Below, piece after piece: positions 51,266 to 64,000 of a stretch of 64,000 bases of DNA. Position numbers and translations under genes: made by a program. Positions within the stretch are counted from its first letter, which is position 1, and the number at the start of each line of letters is the position of its first letter. The DNA is from the human T2T-CHM13v2.0 reference genome, Homo sapiens. The stretch lies in assembly GCF_009914755.1 (NCBI RefSeq), contig NC_060944.1. One strand, 5' to 3'. The notes beneath the pieces were generated by a model. It saw nothing but the letters and a program-made list of their open reading frames with translations, ran no database searches and was not told the origin of the DNA.

Positions 51266-52728
51266 AAGGTATTGTTTTTATGCCCCATCTTACTGAAGGG
51301 GAAACTGAGGCCAAGAGAGGCTAGGTCACTTGCTCCAGGTCCTCCAGTTAGGAAGCAACACAGTCAGGACTGAAACCCAGACCCAACCAAGCTCTGAGCC
51401 CTCACACTGCTCCCGTGCCCTTGCAAGGACGCAATTCACTCGGCCCCTCATTCGGAGCTGGAGCTGCAGGTTTAGAGTCACAGTTGTGCTGTAAGGCAGG
51501 GGTGGTGCAGTGTCAGGAGCACACATCAGAAGCTGCCTGGGCACCCATCCAGCTCCCCCCGACAGGAGCCACTCTGATCCTCAATTTCCTCAAATATACC
51601 ACAGGAATGGGAGACATTTGGGATTTTCATGATGATAATAAATGTAAAATTTTAAAAATCACACTTGGTACATAGTAAATGCCCAATCAATTATTATTTA
51701 GTCTGGTCCATGCTCCTTACAGAGAGATAGTGTGTGGAAATTCCTGGAAGCAAAACAGCATGACATCTTCAGGGATGTTCAAGCAGCAGGGAGCAGGGGA
51801 TGCGGGGAGGGGCAGGCCCAGGCTGCAGGGGCAGACGGATGGCCAGACCTCCAGCAACCTCAGGCCATGCGATGAATGTTATCTCAGGGCCACCAGAGGG
51901 TTTGTGCAGGGGCATGATGGGGGCACATTTCCATTTTAGAAAGCCCATCTGGAAAATCCAGAAAGAAAGAGGCCAGAGAGGAGACTGTGGAGTAATCAGG
52001 AGAGAGACGATTGGGACAGAACCAGGCTGGCTGCGCTGGCTTGGAGGTGGATGGCTACAGCTTGGGCATATCTGAGATGGAAGGGTCCAGGAGCCATTGC
52101 TTCACTGTGAGGGGTGAGGGAAAGGAGGCAAGGATAACTCTGTGGTCCTCTAGGATGCCTGAGGAATCATTCACTGAGCCAGGGGACTAGGCCAAGGAAA
52201 ACTGTCATGCCCATTTCTGGGTCCACTTTGGCCCACTGGTGCCATAAGCCTTGGTGCCAAGGCATGGCCACCATGTTCCAGGTGTGGTATGAGCCATGAG
52301 GACTCCAGCAGCACCATGTCCTCCCTTGTTCCCCACACCATACCTCCATGAATGCAGCCCACGTGAGGGGTTAAGAGGGAGCTGGGCCCATTTCCTCAGC
52401 CAGCTTGTCTCCTCTCAGTGGCCTGTAAATGGTCCTCGAAAGAGGAAGACGGCCGGCCAAGGTTTCTGCAGTGAAGGTCTCTTTCCTTCCTAAAGAGACA
52501 ACCCGGGGCTTGAACGCCGGCTGCACTAGCACTGCTAAATGATCTTGGGCAAGTTCCTGAACTCCTCTGCTGTTTCCTCGTCTTTAAAATAAAGACAATC
52601 AAAGGAATTTAGACATGAAAAGTCCTTTGTATCCAGGATGCAGTAGAGGCTCTATCCACTGTAGCTGCATTGTTGCTCTGATGGCCGTTGGTACTGGTGG
52701 TGGTGGTGGTGATGGTTAGTGTGATGAC

Positions 52729-53675
52729 TGTCGATGAAAAAAGTCAAAGTCTGAAAAATATTTAAGGAGATTTATTCTGAGCCAAGTATGAGTGACCAAG
52801 GCCTGTGACACAGCCCCAGGAGGTCCTGAGAACATGTGCCCAAGGTGGTTGGGTTACAGCTTGATTTTGTACATTTGAGGGGGACAGAAGGTACAGGCAG
52901 ACATCTATCAATACATGTAAGGCGTACATTGGATTGGTCTGGAAAGGTGGGACAACTCGAAGTGGTAGGGAGGCTTCCAGGACATAGGTGCATTCAAAGA
53001 TTTTCTGATTGGCAATTGGTTGAAAGATTTCAGTTACTATCTAGAGACCTGGAATCAACAGAAAGGAGTGTCTGGGTTAAGATAGGGGGTTGTGGGGACC
53101 AAGGCTCTTACTCTGCAGATGAAGCTCCAGGTAGCAGGCTTCAGAGAGAGTAGTTGGTAAATGTCCCCTATCAGATCTAAAAAGGTGCCAGACCTCTAGT
53201 CAATTCTCTCTGGAATCAGTGAAAAGACCTAGAAAGGGAAGAAGATTCTCTGCAGAATGTAGACTGTCTCCATCTCCATCTCCATCTCCATCTCCATCTC
53301 CATCTCTTATGTCTTCTCCACAAGAGACAGCTTTTCAGGGCCACTTCAAAATATGTCAAAGAAATCTATTTTGGGGGAAAATACTTTGATTTCTTTCAGG
53401 GCCTGCTATCTGTCATGTGATGCTATGCTAGAGTCAGGTTGGAATTTGGTATCTTATCGCTACAAAGAGCCTGTTTTGTCAGTCTCAAGGTCTCTCTGGT
53501 TTAATGTCAATGCTGGTCAGCTGTGCCTGCACTCCAAAGGGTTTCATGAGGCATGTCTGACCCCCCTGCCCATCATGGCCTAAACTAATTTTTTGGGTTG
53601 ACTTTGGAAAGTCCTCGGCCAAGAGGAGGATCCATTCAGTCAGTGGGAGGCATAGAATCTTATTTTAGTTACACA
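52729..53675 (-). mobile_element. MER4-group (MER4D-like) ERV1 solo LTR with an internal (CTCCAT)n at ~53268-53306
   Basis: TGTCGATGAAAAAAGTCAAA...TTTATTCTGAGCCAAG...GGTCCTGAGAACATGTGCCCAAGGTGGTTGGG...TTATTTTAGTTACACA; 4-bp TSD TGAC/TGAT. Confidence 0.88.
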
Positions 53676-54135
53676 TGATGGTGGTGTTTTTGGTGGTGGT
53701 GGCCCTGGCGGTACCGGCGGTGTTGGTGGTGGTGGTGGTACTTGTGATGTTACTGTTTGTGGTATTGTTGTTTGTATTGCTGCTGGTGGCCCTGGCAGTA
53801 CTGGTGTTGGTGTTGGTGGTGGCCCTGGCAGTACTGGTGGTGTTGATGCTGGTGGCCCTTGCAGTACCAGCAGTGTTGGTGTCGGTAGTGGTATTTGTGA
53901 TGTTAGCGTCTGTGGTATTGTTGTTTGTATTGCTAGGGGTGGCCCTGGCAGTATTGGTGGTGTTGATGGGGGTGGCCCTGGCAGTATTGGTGGTGTTGAT
54001 GGTGGTGGTGGTATTTGTGATGTTAGTGTTTGTGGTAGTGTTGTTTGTATTGTGGGTGGTGGTCCTGGTGATGTTTATGTGGTTGCTGTTGATGGTGGTA
54101 GTGGTGGCACTGGTGGTGGTGGTGATGGTGGTGAC
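53676..54135. repeat. Triplet-phased (GTG/TTG/CTG) low-complexity tandem array with higher-order blocks
   Basis: Recurring GTGGCCCTGGCAGTACTGGTG and GTATTTGTGATGTTA...TTGTTTGTATTG blocks; a short remnant lies at ~52687-52724 on the other side of the LTR. Confidence 0.92.
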
Positions 54136-55162
54136 GTGTGGCTCCACAGGACCCACTGAAAGGCAAGGATCAGCCTGGCTGCAAACTGAGTTAGCATCTG
54201 ACTCAGTTGCTTGCTCCTGGCCTGGAGCTTCTGGGGTTTCTGATCCCTTCACTGCAATCCATGAATCTCTCCCAGCAGGTATGACAGCCTGACCCAGGGG
54301 CTCTGGGAAAGAGGGGTTTTCATCCTACATGAGAAAGAACCACACCACCCTCCAAGGGAAAAAGCAGTCACTGGCAGGCCTCAAGGTGCGATTCGCAGTC
54401 TCCTGGGTTTCTGGGGCCATTTGTCCTGGTCCTGCTCGGCTCTCTGCCCATCCCTGCTGTGTAAACAGCACTCTCTCTCAGAAGGTCTTAGCTTTGCTTC
54501 CCTAAACACCCTGGACCTGTGATCAGGACTGCCACCTTCTGCCCTGAAGGTAAAAGTGATCCAGCCAGGGGGAGGAGGGGCCTGAGGAGCCAGGTGCAGG
54601 AGGTCAGGGGTCAGGGGTTAGGACAGTGGTACCGGCCAGGAGGTGCCTCCGGGCCAGCTGGGCTCCATCACACAGGCACTGCCCCCTCCCCCAGCCCTGC
54701 CCCAGAGTTGAGGGAAGGGAAGACAGGGGAACTAGAAAGAAAGCACGAGGACCAGCCAGCTGGGAGAGGCCAGGTCTGTGGAGCACCTGCTCTGTGCGCA
54801 GCAGCTGCTGCCTCAGGTGGAGTCTGTGGTTCCCATGGTTCCTAGAGTGAGGACTCATCCTGCCAGATGGAGGGCTCTGGGTTCTGCTGAGCACCTTCAG
54901 GAGTTCAGGTGAGAGGCTGTGGGACTTGAGCTGGGGAGAGCTGCATTCCTTTATGGAACATCATAAGGTGAAGAATCTGGAGCTGGGGGAGCAGTGGGGG
55001 CAGGAGGGGTGGGAGCCAAGATGGAGGAGACTGGAGGGAAGGGCAGGCGCTGACCAAGCCAAGCCACAGGCTCTGACAGCTGCGTCATCTAGTCCCAAAG
55101 GCACAGACCCCAGAACCCCTGCATAGCTCCTGTGGGCCACCCAGGAAACCCAAATGGGCTCT

Positions 55163-55520
55163 TACAAAACATTGTCTTAGTCTGTTCAGGATGCTATAAC
55201 CGAACACCACAGACTGGATGGCTTACAAACAACAGAACTTTATTGCTCATCATTCCGGAGGTTGGGAAGTCCAGGATTAAGGCACCAGCAGATTGGGTGT
55301 CTGCTGAGTGTGTCCCTCCTGGTTCTTGGGTGGCGCCGTCCTCCCACAGACGCAGGAACAAGGGAGCTCTCTTTGCTCTGGCTTTATATAACGGCACTCA
55401 TCCCATCTATGAGAGCCCCACCCTCCATGACCTAATCACCTCCCAAAGGCTCCTCTTCCTGATTCCATCACAGTAGGGGTGAGGACTTCAACCTAGGAAT
55501 TTTGGAGGGACCCAAATATA
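55163..55520 (-). mobile_element. MLT1A/MST-type MaLR LTR
   Basis: TGTCTTAGTCTGTTCAGGATGCTATAAC...CACAGACTGGATGGCTTACAAACAACAGAA...CATGACCTAATCACCTCCCAAAGGC. Confidence 0.85.
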
Positions 55521-57409
55521 TGCACATTTAAATTCTCATAGAGAACTCATACACACTTCTTAACAGTCCCAGAGAAGCCCCACCCTGAGTCAGGCACACG
55601 CATCAGACCCAGAATGAAATGCAATGCTGTATTTCCCTAACTCCATCCATAGCTTCCTTGAATCACTCTTCATCCAGACAGCAGCTTCCCATCCACCGGG
55701 GCTGTTCCCATCAGAGGTTGCAGCAAGGTTTCCAGAGGGCCTTGCCGGCTGCAGCAGTGGAGACTGGGGACACACCTGTCTGCCAGTCACCTGCGCTGCA
55801 GGCCACTATCCACTGAGATGGACCACATCCTGCCCATCCTTGAGAGATTCACAAAGACATCATCCAGTCCATCCCCTCCCGCATTCCCAGGCTCCAGGTG
55901 TCTCCAAGTCTGCCTTTACTTCGGGGACTTCTGAGCATCCCTGGACACAGGGGTGGGGTAGGGGAAGAGGCTGCTCCACTCCCCACTCAGGGCTGGAGAA
56001 ACTCACAAAGCAGAGGCAAGCTCTCTGCTCAGATGCAGACACGACGCGAACCAGCCATGTCTCCTCTGTCGCCGGAACGCAGCTCATGGCTCTGCCCTTG
56101 AGCTCCTACCGCTCCAGGCCTCTCTGATTTGTTCGTGCATTGGGGACCTTCCATGAAACTGACCCAGGAAGGGCAGAACATGAAACCCCTTCTCAAAAGC
56201 TGCCCACCATCCAACCTCTGGCTTCTCTTCCTCTCTCTCCCAGCCCAGGACGTTTTACCTCCTCTAGAGAGGAGAAGAGGACCCTGGCTCGTTCACCACT
56301 TATTCCTTATACATTGACTTCTTTAGGGATGAAAGCTTTGAAAAATTATGTTTTGGAGGATTTTTTGCAAGTGATTTGATTTACAATGCCGACATTTTAG
56401 AAGGTCAATAAGCAAAAGTGGTTTTCTCATAACTGGATGAATACTGCTTTACAAAAAAACGAAAAGAAAGTCAAAGCCACTGCTTTGCATGCAAACCCCA
56501 GACGTAGCTGTGTTTACCCAGAACAAAATAAAAGGACTTTTGATTAAACTGGTAGAAACTCACCATAGGTTTTGAATTCATACTTGAAAATCATACCCAG
56601 TGGGGCTGACATTTTGTTAAATCCATGCTCACAGCAGCTTGGTCCAGAGGGCGACTGGTCTAAACCAACATCTCCGTTCATGGTTCCATTCTTGCAATTC
56701 CTTAGCCTAAAAACCGGAAGTCATTCCTGAGGGTCTCTTTCACTACGCTGCTATCCAATTCATTAGCAAATCCCGCCAGGTCTTCCTTCAAACTACACCC
56801 CTCCGCGTGCATCTGCTCTCTGGAAATGCCACTCGATGGTAGCGAAGCTGCTGGCTCCATCCAGACGGCTTTCTCCACAATTGTTTTGTGTCCTTCCCTT
56901 TTGTATCAGTTGTGGTGTTGGCTGTAAGTGACAAGGACCTTGATCTGGCTGAAGGAAAGAGTGTTGGCTCCTGAGACTGGAAAGCTGAGGGTAAGTCTGA
57001 CGGGCGCGGCGGGATTGGGAACTCACGGCATCAACATCCTCTCTCCGTGTCTTAGGCCCACTCTCCACCAGGTTGCTTCTCTCCCAGACTCTTCCCTCAT
57101 GGGAACAAAATGCCTGCCAGCAATGCCAGATGTACATCCCCTCAAGCTCCCACAGGACAACAGGGCGGGCAGCATCCACTTCCCACAGCCAATAGCCCTG
57201 GGCCAGGATCACGTGACCGGCTGATAGGCTCAGGTCTCAGTCATGAGTTCCACCTTTAAGGAAGGTGGGGGCAGAAAATAAGTTTCCCTCAAGCCCTGTG
57301 CCTGGGATTGGGGATGGTGGCTCTGCAGAAGGAAGGCAAGATGCAGTGACCAGAGGAGGGCACATGGAGGCCAGGAGACTGAACAGCAGGCGGCCACCTC
57401 ACCTGTTGC

Positions 57410-58170
57410 ACTGCCCACCCGCTACCTAAGCCCTGCCCGCCCCACCCGCATCTAAGCCCCACCCACTCTCCCACACCTGCAGCACTGCCCACCCCACCCC
57501 ATCAAAACACCGCCCACCCACCCCATCAAAGCACCGCCCACCCACCCCACCTAAGCACTGCCCACCCCACCCCATCAAAGCACCGCCCACCCCCACCCCA
57601 TCAAAGCACCGCCCACCCCCACCTAAGCACCGCCCACTCTCCCGCACCTGCAGCACCGCCCACCCCACCCCACCAAAGCGCTGCCCACCCCCGCCCCATC
57701 AAAGCAACGCCCACCCACCCCACCTAAGCACTGCCCACCCCACCCCATTAAAGCACCGCCCACCCCACCCCATCAAAGCACCGCCCACCCCCACCTAAGC
57801 ACCGCCCACTCTCCCACACCTGCAGCATCGCCCACCCCAGCCCACCTAAGCACTGCCCACCCCACCTGAGCACCACCCACCCTACACCTGCAGCACCTCC
57901 CACCCCACCCCACCAAAGCACTGCCCACCCCCACCTAAGCACTGCCCACCCAACCCCATCAAATCACCGCCCACCCCACCTAAGCACCGCCCACCCCACT
58001 ACACCTGCAGCACCGCCCACCCCACCTAAGCACCGCCCACCCCCGCCCCATCAAAGCACCGCCCACCCCACCCCACCTAAGCACCGCCCACCCCCACCTA
58101 AGCACCACCCACCCCACCCCACCCCACCTAAGCACCGCTCACCCCACTACACCCGCAGCACTGCCCGCCT
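57410..58170. repeat. C-rich compound minisatellite (~20-27-bp units: CCCCACCTAAGCACYGCCCAC / CCCCATCAAAGCACCGCCCAC / CACCTGCAGCAC)
   Basis: Directly visible tandem units; the minus strand is a run of G3-G5 tracts. Confidence 0.96.
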
Positions 58171-58377
58171 CACAGAGCAGGGCCCCACCTGCCTCAGAGT
58201 AAGAAACCAGCAGCTCCACCACCCCTGGAGGCTGCCTTGGCGCAGCACTGGAAACATTCATAAGAACACAGCTGCCTTTTCCGAGATTCAGAGGTTGCTC
58301 TGGTGCCTGTCACCTGCCCAGGAATCCTGCTTTCCAGCAAAGGTGCCTGTAATTCTAACTTTTAAAGAATGTCTCAG

Positions 58378-58732
<355 letters not shown>

Positions 58733-59163
58733 CTAAAATACATCTCCCCCAACTATTCTGTACATCCACCCAGCAGGAAAAATGATGCTTCTGAAATAAT
58801 AATTTCTCATTTCCTGGGGCTCTAATAAAACCTACCTTAGACAGCAGTAGCTTCTCTGTTCAAAGAGACGCTGGCAAGTGGTCCATGTTGTTTTCTTCTA
58901 CGACCTTGTGTGGAGGCAGGAGAAAGATGAGATGGCAAAGTCTAAGGGATTTCATCATCACAAGGATCTTCTCTCTCTCCCTTTTTCCTTCTTTCTTGGA
59001 GTACTTGATCTCTCTCAGTTATTACTTATAAATTAGGGATTTTAATCAGTTTTATGAAATCATTTTGAGGATTAAACGATCTTTTCAATGGAAAATACTG
59101 AGGTCACCGCCTGATGTGTAGTATGTGCCCAGTAAATAGTAGGGTTAAAAAAAATCAGTATCT

Positions 59164-59535
<372 letters not shown>

Positions 59536-60308
59536 TCAAAATGACGTGTTTGCCAGATATTTTAGAACAAAAAACTGGAGAATGGAACAAGAGAGACAAG
59601 ATCAGAAAGATGGGCCCAAAGCGGCTCTAACCCACCTAGGGAAGCTGTCACTCTCCATATGAAGAGAGTGGGGAAGTAAGGAGTGAATCTGGCACTGCTG
59701 GAGGTGGGTGGGTGTGAGGCTCACGATCAGCTGTGGGTACAGGGGTTGGGAGGGGAGGACAGGGAACTTGAGGAGCGAGGTTACGGGTTGTGATGTAGAT
59801 ACTCGTTGATACTGTCTTCGAGATGCCAGTGAATGCTGCAATAGTTGCTGGACGGTGCTTCTTTATACGAGACCCTGTTCAGAGACTGGGACCTGTGGGG
59901 CCCCAGCTTTTCCCAGGGCACACTGCTGGTTCCCTCTGGGGTGCAGGGAGCAGAGGTGCATGCAGGTTCTCTCAGATGATGAGAGTTTGTTTCAGGAAAA
60001 CCCTGGGAAGCAAGGAAGACAGAAAACAGCTTAAAAGGCCAGCATCCTAAAAGGGGGCTCCCTGGAGATCCTGGGACTCCACAGAACTGGCGGCACTTTC
60101 CTGCTGGAGCCGGGCATGTCCTCTCCCCACTCACTGGACACTCACCATTGTGAGTCAGCCCCAGACCCCCTCTTAAGTGCTCCTTTGTGGGCTCCCTAAG
60201 GGAGTCGGCCTAACTGCTTGGCCATCACCACCAGCACTGCATGTCCCTGGTGGCATTGCTGTCCTGGCCAAGCCATAGATGGCTTCTCTGGAGGTAAGCA
60301 TCTAACCC

Positions 60309-60724
60309 TGCCGTGGGTGCCATAATGTGCCACCCAGATCCTCCCTCAGATCTGAGGCACATTCCCCAGGCTGCTGGGGGTGTTGATGGCTGATCATTCT
60401 AGCAGAATCCTTCTCCAGGAATTGTCTTCAGGTTCTGACAGCCACCTGCCTCAAAGTCAGGCCCCTTCCTGGGGTGGCCCATGTGCAATGAATGGTCAAG
60501 GAAAAAGCAGAAAAGTCCAGGCCCCATTTTCCCCTATTCATGACCTTCCTGAAGGGCCATCTTGACTCCAGACTTCCGTGAGTTAGCTGAGGTCTTGGCT
60601 GTGACATCTCTAAAGCCCAGCTTCTCCCTCCCTGCACACGTTCATCCTGGAAACACTCCCCAGTGACCTTCCTTCACACCAATTTCACCTCCTAATCTGC
60701 TTCCTTAGAAACCCATCTATAACA
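60309..60724 (+). mobile_element. LTR16C-like ERVL solo LTR
   Basis: GTGCCACCCAGATCCTCCCTCAGATCTGAGGCACATTCCCCAGGCTGCTGGGGGTGTTG...TCTGCTTCCTTAGAAACCC. Confidence 0.75.
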
Positions 60725-60761
60725 ATCCCTAGGCCAGGTAGCTGTGAGAGAGGCATAGGCC

Positions 60762-60950
60762 TAGAGTTGCCAGATTTCATTAATAAAAATATAGGATGGC
60801 CAACAAATGTTAATTGCAGACCAACAACAAATAATATCTTAGTGTAAATATGCCCCATGCCATATTTGGGAATATTAATACTCAAATATTATTTGTTGTT
60901 GACGTGAAGTTCAAATCTAACTGGGCATTCTGTATTTTATCTGCGAACCC
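60762..60950. mobile_element. MER53
   Basis: TAGAGTTGCCAGATTT...AAATATAGGATGGCC...TTCAAATCTAACTGGGCATTCTGTATTTTATCTGCGAACCC. Confidence 0.8.
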
Positions 60951-61554
60951 CAGAAGGATCATGGAGTAGAGAATATAGGATCTAGGTCCAAATGGGCCTA
61001 TGGCCACGGCAGACATTCGGAGCATCACAGGCTCCTGTTACACACGAGCTCAGCTCGGATTTCTCCTGTAAGAAATAAAACAACTCAAATGTGATGCTAT
61101 TTTTTTGTTTAAAAGAATAATAAAAATAAAAACTACCATGTATTGAGGACCAACTCAATTCCAGACCATGTGCTAAGTATTTCAAAGCTGTTAATCCATT
61201 GTTGACCCATTCAATCGTCACAACTTTTTGAGGTAAGCGTATATCAGTTAGCATCAAGTCCAATAAGAGTCACAGAAAACCCAAACTATCTGTGGTTTAA
61301 AGAAAATTTAGAAGTTCAGAGGTAAGCAATGCAAGGCTGGGATTGGGAAACTCCAACCCTTTCCTCATGTTTAACCCTGTGTGGTCTATGTTCTCAGGGT
61401 CACCCACATGGTCCAAGATGGCTGCTGGAGATCCAGCCATTACACAAAACTCCAGTCAGCAAGAAGGAAGAAGCAACAAAGAAGGACATCACCCCCCTCC
61501 CCTTTAAGGACACTTTCTAGAAATTATAAGAGCACATGTTTATGCCCCTTTTGA

Positions 61555-61969
<415 letters not shown>

Positions 61970-63584
61970 TAAGGAAGAAGGGGAGATGCATAGTGAGGGA
62001 CAATGATCAGATTTTGCCACAAATAGATGCTATTCTTGTTATCCTTGCTTTTAGATAAAATTGAGGCTCAGAAAGATTAAATACCTTACCTAGGGTCATG
62101 CAACTCCCAGCCTGCCCCTACAGCCTGTGCCTGCAATAACCACTATCATATAATTCCATTTAATTAGATTTCAGAGATGCCAATTACCTAAGGAGGGTCC
62201 AATGACAGGCAAATTCTATTTTTTAAAAAAATCTAACATTCAAACAAATTGAGCATTCAGACATCACAACTTTGTCAAAAACCCTAACGATCACAGCAAA
62301 TGTAGAAAAACACAGGAGAAAAAATGTTTAAACTATACACACAGAGGTATGAAAGAGAAGCAAGACCAGCTTTTGCACAGATCAACAGTCCTTCCAGAGA
62401 AGAAAAAGCCCATCACATGTTCCGGAAGCCAATTTAACTAGGATGATCACAAAGAAGAAACAAGGGAGTGTACCAAGTGGCAACGCAGCCACAGGGTGGG
62501 GAAGTCATGCTTGAAATCACTAAGAATAAAAGTTTGAGCACTGGGGCCTGAGTGAATATTAAATGGGCTCTGTGGGTTTAAGTAATACAACTCAACAACA
62601 CCCTGCAATAACTTTGAACTCTTGGATCTTGGGGAAATGGCCTGGGGAATGAGAAAATTCTCCAAGAGAAATATTATTTGTATTCCATGGTTGTAAAAGT
62701 TAATAGCCCTCCCCCATTCCAAACCATGGCATCCCAAACCAGAGGAAGGGAAATTTGAAACATGTAATTTAGAAGCTGGGCTACAAGGAGGAGAGCCTGA
62801 CCCCCAAGCTAAAGCTGCCTGGGGCTTTATTTACACAGGTCTAGAAGCTGAGTGGCTCTAACTGTTGGGAAAATCTTTCTGAAATTCCACAATTTGGTTT
62901 ACCTTCCCCCTGCTAGGATGAGGTTGCTCACAAAATCATGGTTTCATAGAATGCAAAAATTAAAAGAGAGCTTAGCGATCATCTAAGGCTCAGATTTAGC
63001 TGGGTCTCATCTTGAAGGAACTCCCTTAACTGGGAATAGCTGCCTGGGTCACAGCACAATGCAAGTGTGTGGAGCTGAGGCTGGATTGAGTGGGACGGAA
63101 TGCTTCATTGTGATTGATTAGTCATGTCTGCTTCAGGCACAGAATGATAGGCGAAGCATATGCATCGAATGTTTTTTCACTGTAAACTTGGTGAAACCCT
63201 TCATTTTACAGAGGAAGTAAGTGAGGCTCTCTGAGCGAAAGCAAATTGCTCTAAGCCTTTTTGGTAGCTGAGTGAGAATGACAAGTCAGTTCTCTTCAGT
63301 TCTCATCCTGTCTTCCTTTTACCATTAGCTTCTGTGGCTGGCAACTAGAATTTTCGCAAGAGTAATTCCTAACAGCCATTCATGCTCCACTCAAACAGAA
63401 AGACCTGCCCTTTTAAGGGAATTCATTTCCACTTTCCTTGATTCCCATTCAGGTCTGAGTGTGGCACAATTGGAGGTAGTAGTTTAATTTTGGTAGTCGA
63501 CATCCTCGGTTGGACAACAGTAAGGGTAACCCTGTGTGCTGCTATAACAAATAATCCCTAAACCACAGTGGCTTAACACTGAAT

Positions 63585-64000
63585 GCTGGGTAAAGAATGG
63601 CCCCTCGCAGGTGACCAGGTCCTAATTTCCAGAACCTATATAATACTTTACATGGTAAAAGGGACTTTGCAGATGTGATTAAAGATATTGGGATAGACAG
63701 ATTAACTGGACCTCTTATAACGGTTTTTCTAAGAAGGAGGCAGAAGAAGAAGGAGATAAGATGACAGAGCACAGACAGGGGCAGAGAGAGATCTGAAGAT
63801 GCTGCACTCCCGGCTTTGAAGACAGAGGAAGGAGCCAGGAAAGGCAGGGTGGCCTCTAGAAGATGGAAAAGGCAAGGAAACGGATTCTTCCTCCAGCCTC
63901 TAGAAGGGAATACAGTCCTGGTGAGACCTTGACTTTAGGCCTTCTGACCTCCAGAACTATAAGATAATACATTTTTGATGTTTAAGACCACCGAGTTTGT
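63585..64000 (+). mobile_element. MLT1D MaLR LTR (runs off the window end)
   Basis: TTTACATGGTAAAAGGGACTTTGCAGATGTGATTAAAG...CTTCTGACCTCCAGAACTATAAGATAATAC. Confidence 0.88.

Noticed and set aside
53665-54292. Mucin-like or multi-TM protein gene
   Set aside because: The ORFs coincide with a triplet low-complexity array and abut an LTR. The T-rich ORF has no signal peptide or recognisable flanking exons. Kept only as a speculative finding.

Overview
This is primate (very likely human) non-coding genomic DNA. It has Alu J/S/Y, L1M, L2, MIR, hAT/Tigger MITEs and many ERVL-MaLR/ERV1 solo LTRs. I find no credible protein-coding exon, RNA gene or CRISPR array. The long ORFs come from low-complexity repeats, Alus or decayed L1 ORF2. 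The unexplained structure is in repeats. (1) A C-rich tandem array at ~57.4-58.2 kb repeats a TCF/LEF site directly next to an RCCG helper-like motif. (2) A ~160-bp inverted duplication at 24.26-24.88 kb has a 72/73-identical core and replaced the poly(A) signal of an MLT1 LTR. (3) A 9-unit CpG-rich 34/36-bp minisatellite lies at 50.2-50.5 kb. (4) Several small duplications multiply or create bHLH-ZIP sites. (5) There are also CTCF-like motifs, a DUX4-type site in an MLT1 LTR, an HRE/ARE near-palindrome and MER53 hairpins. TE subfamily names come from recalled consensus sequences, and most boundaries are approximate. All regulatory functions are inferred from motifs, not demonstrated. I cannot claim a new biological system.
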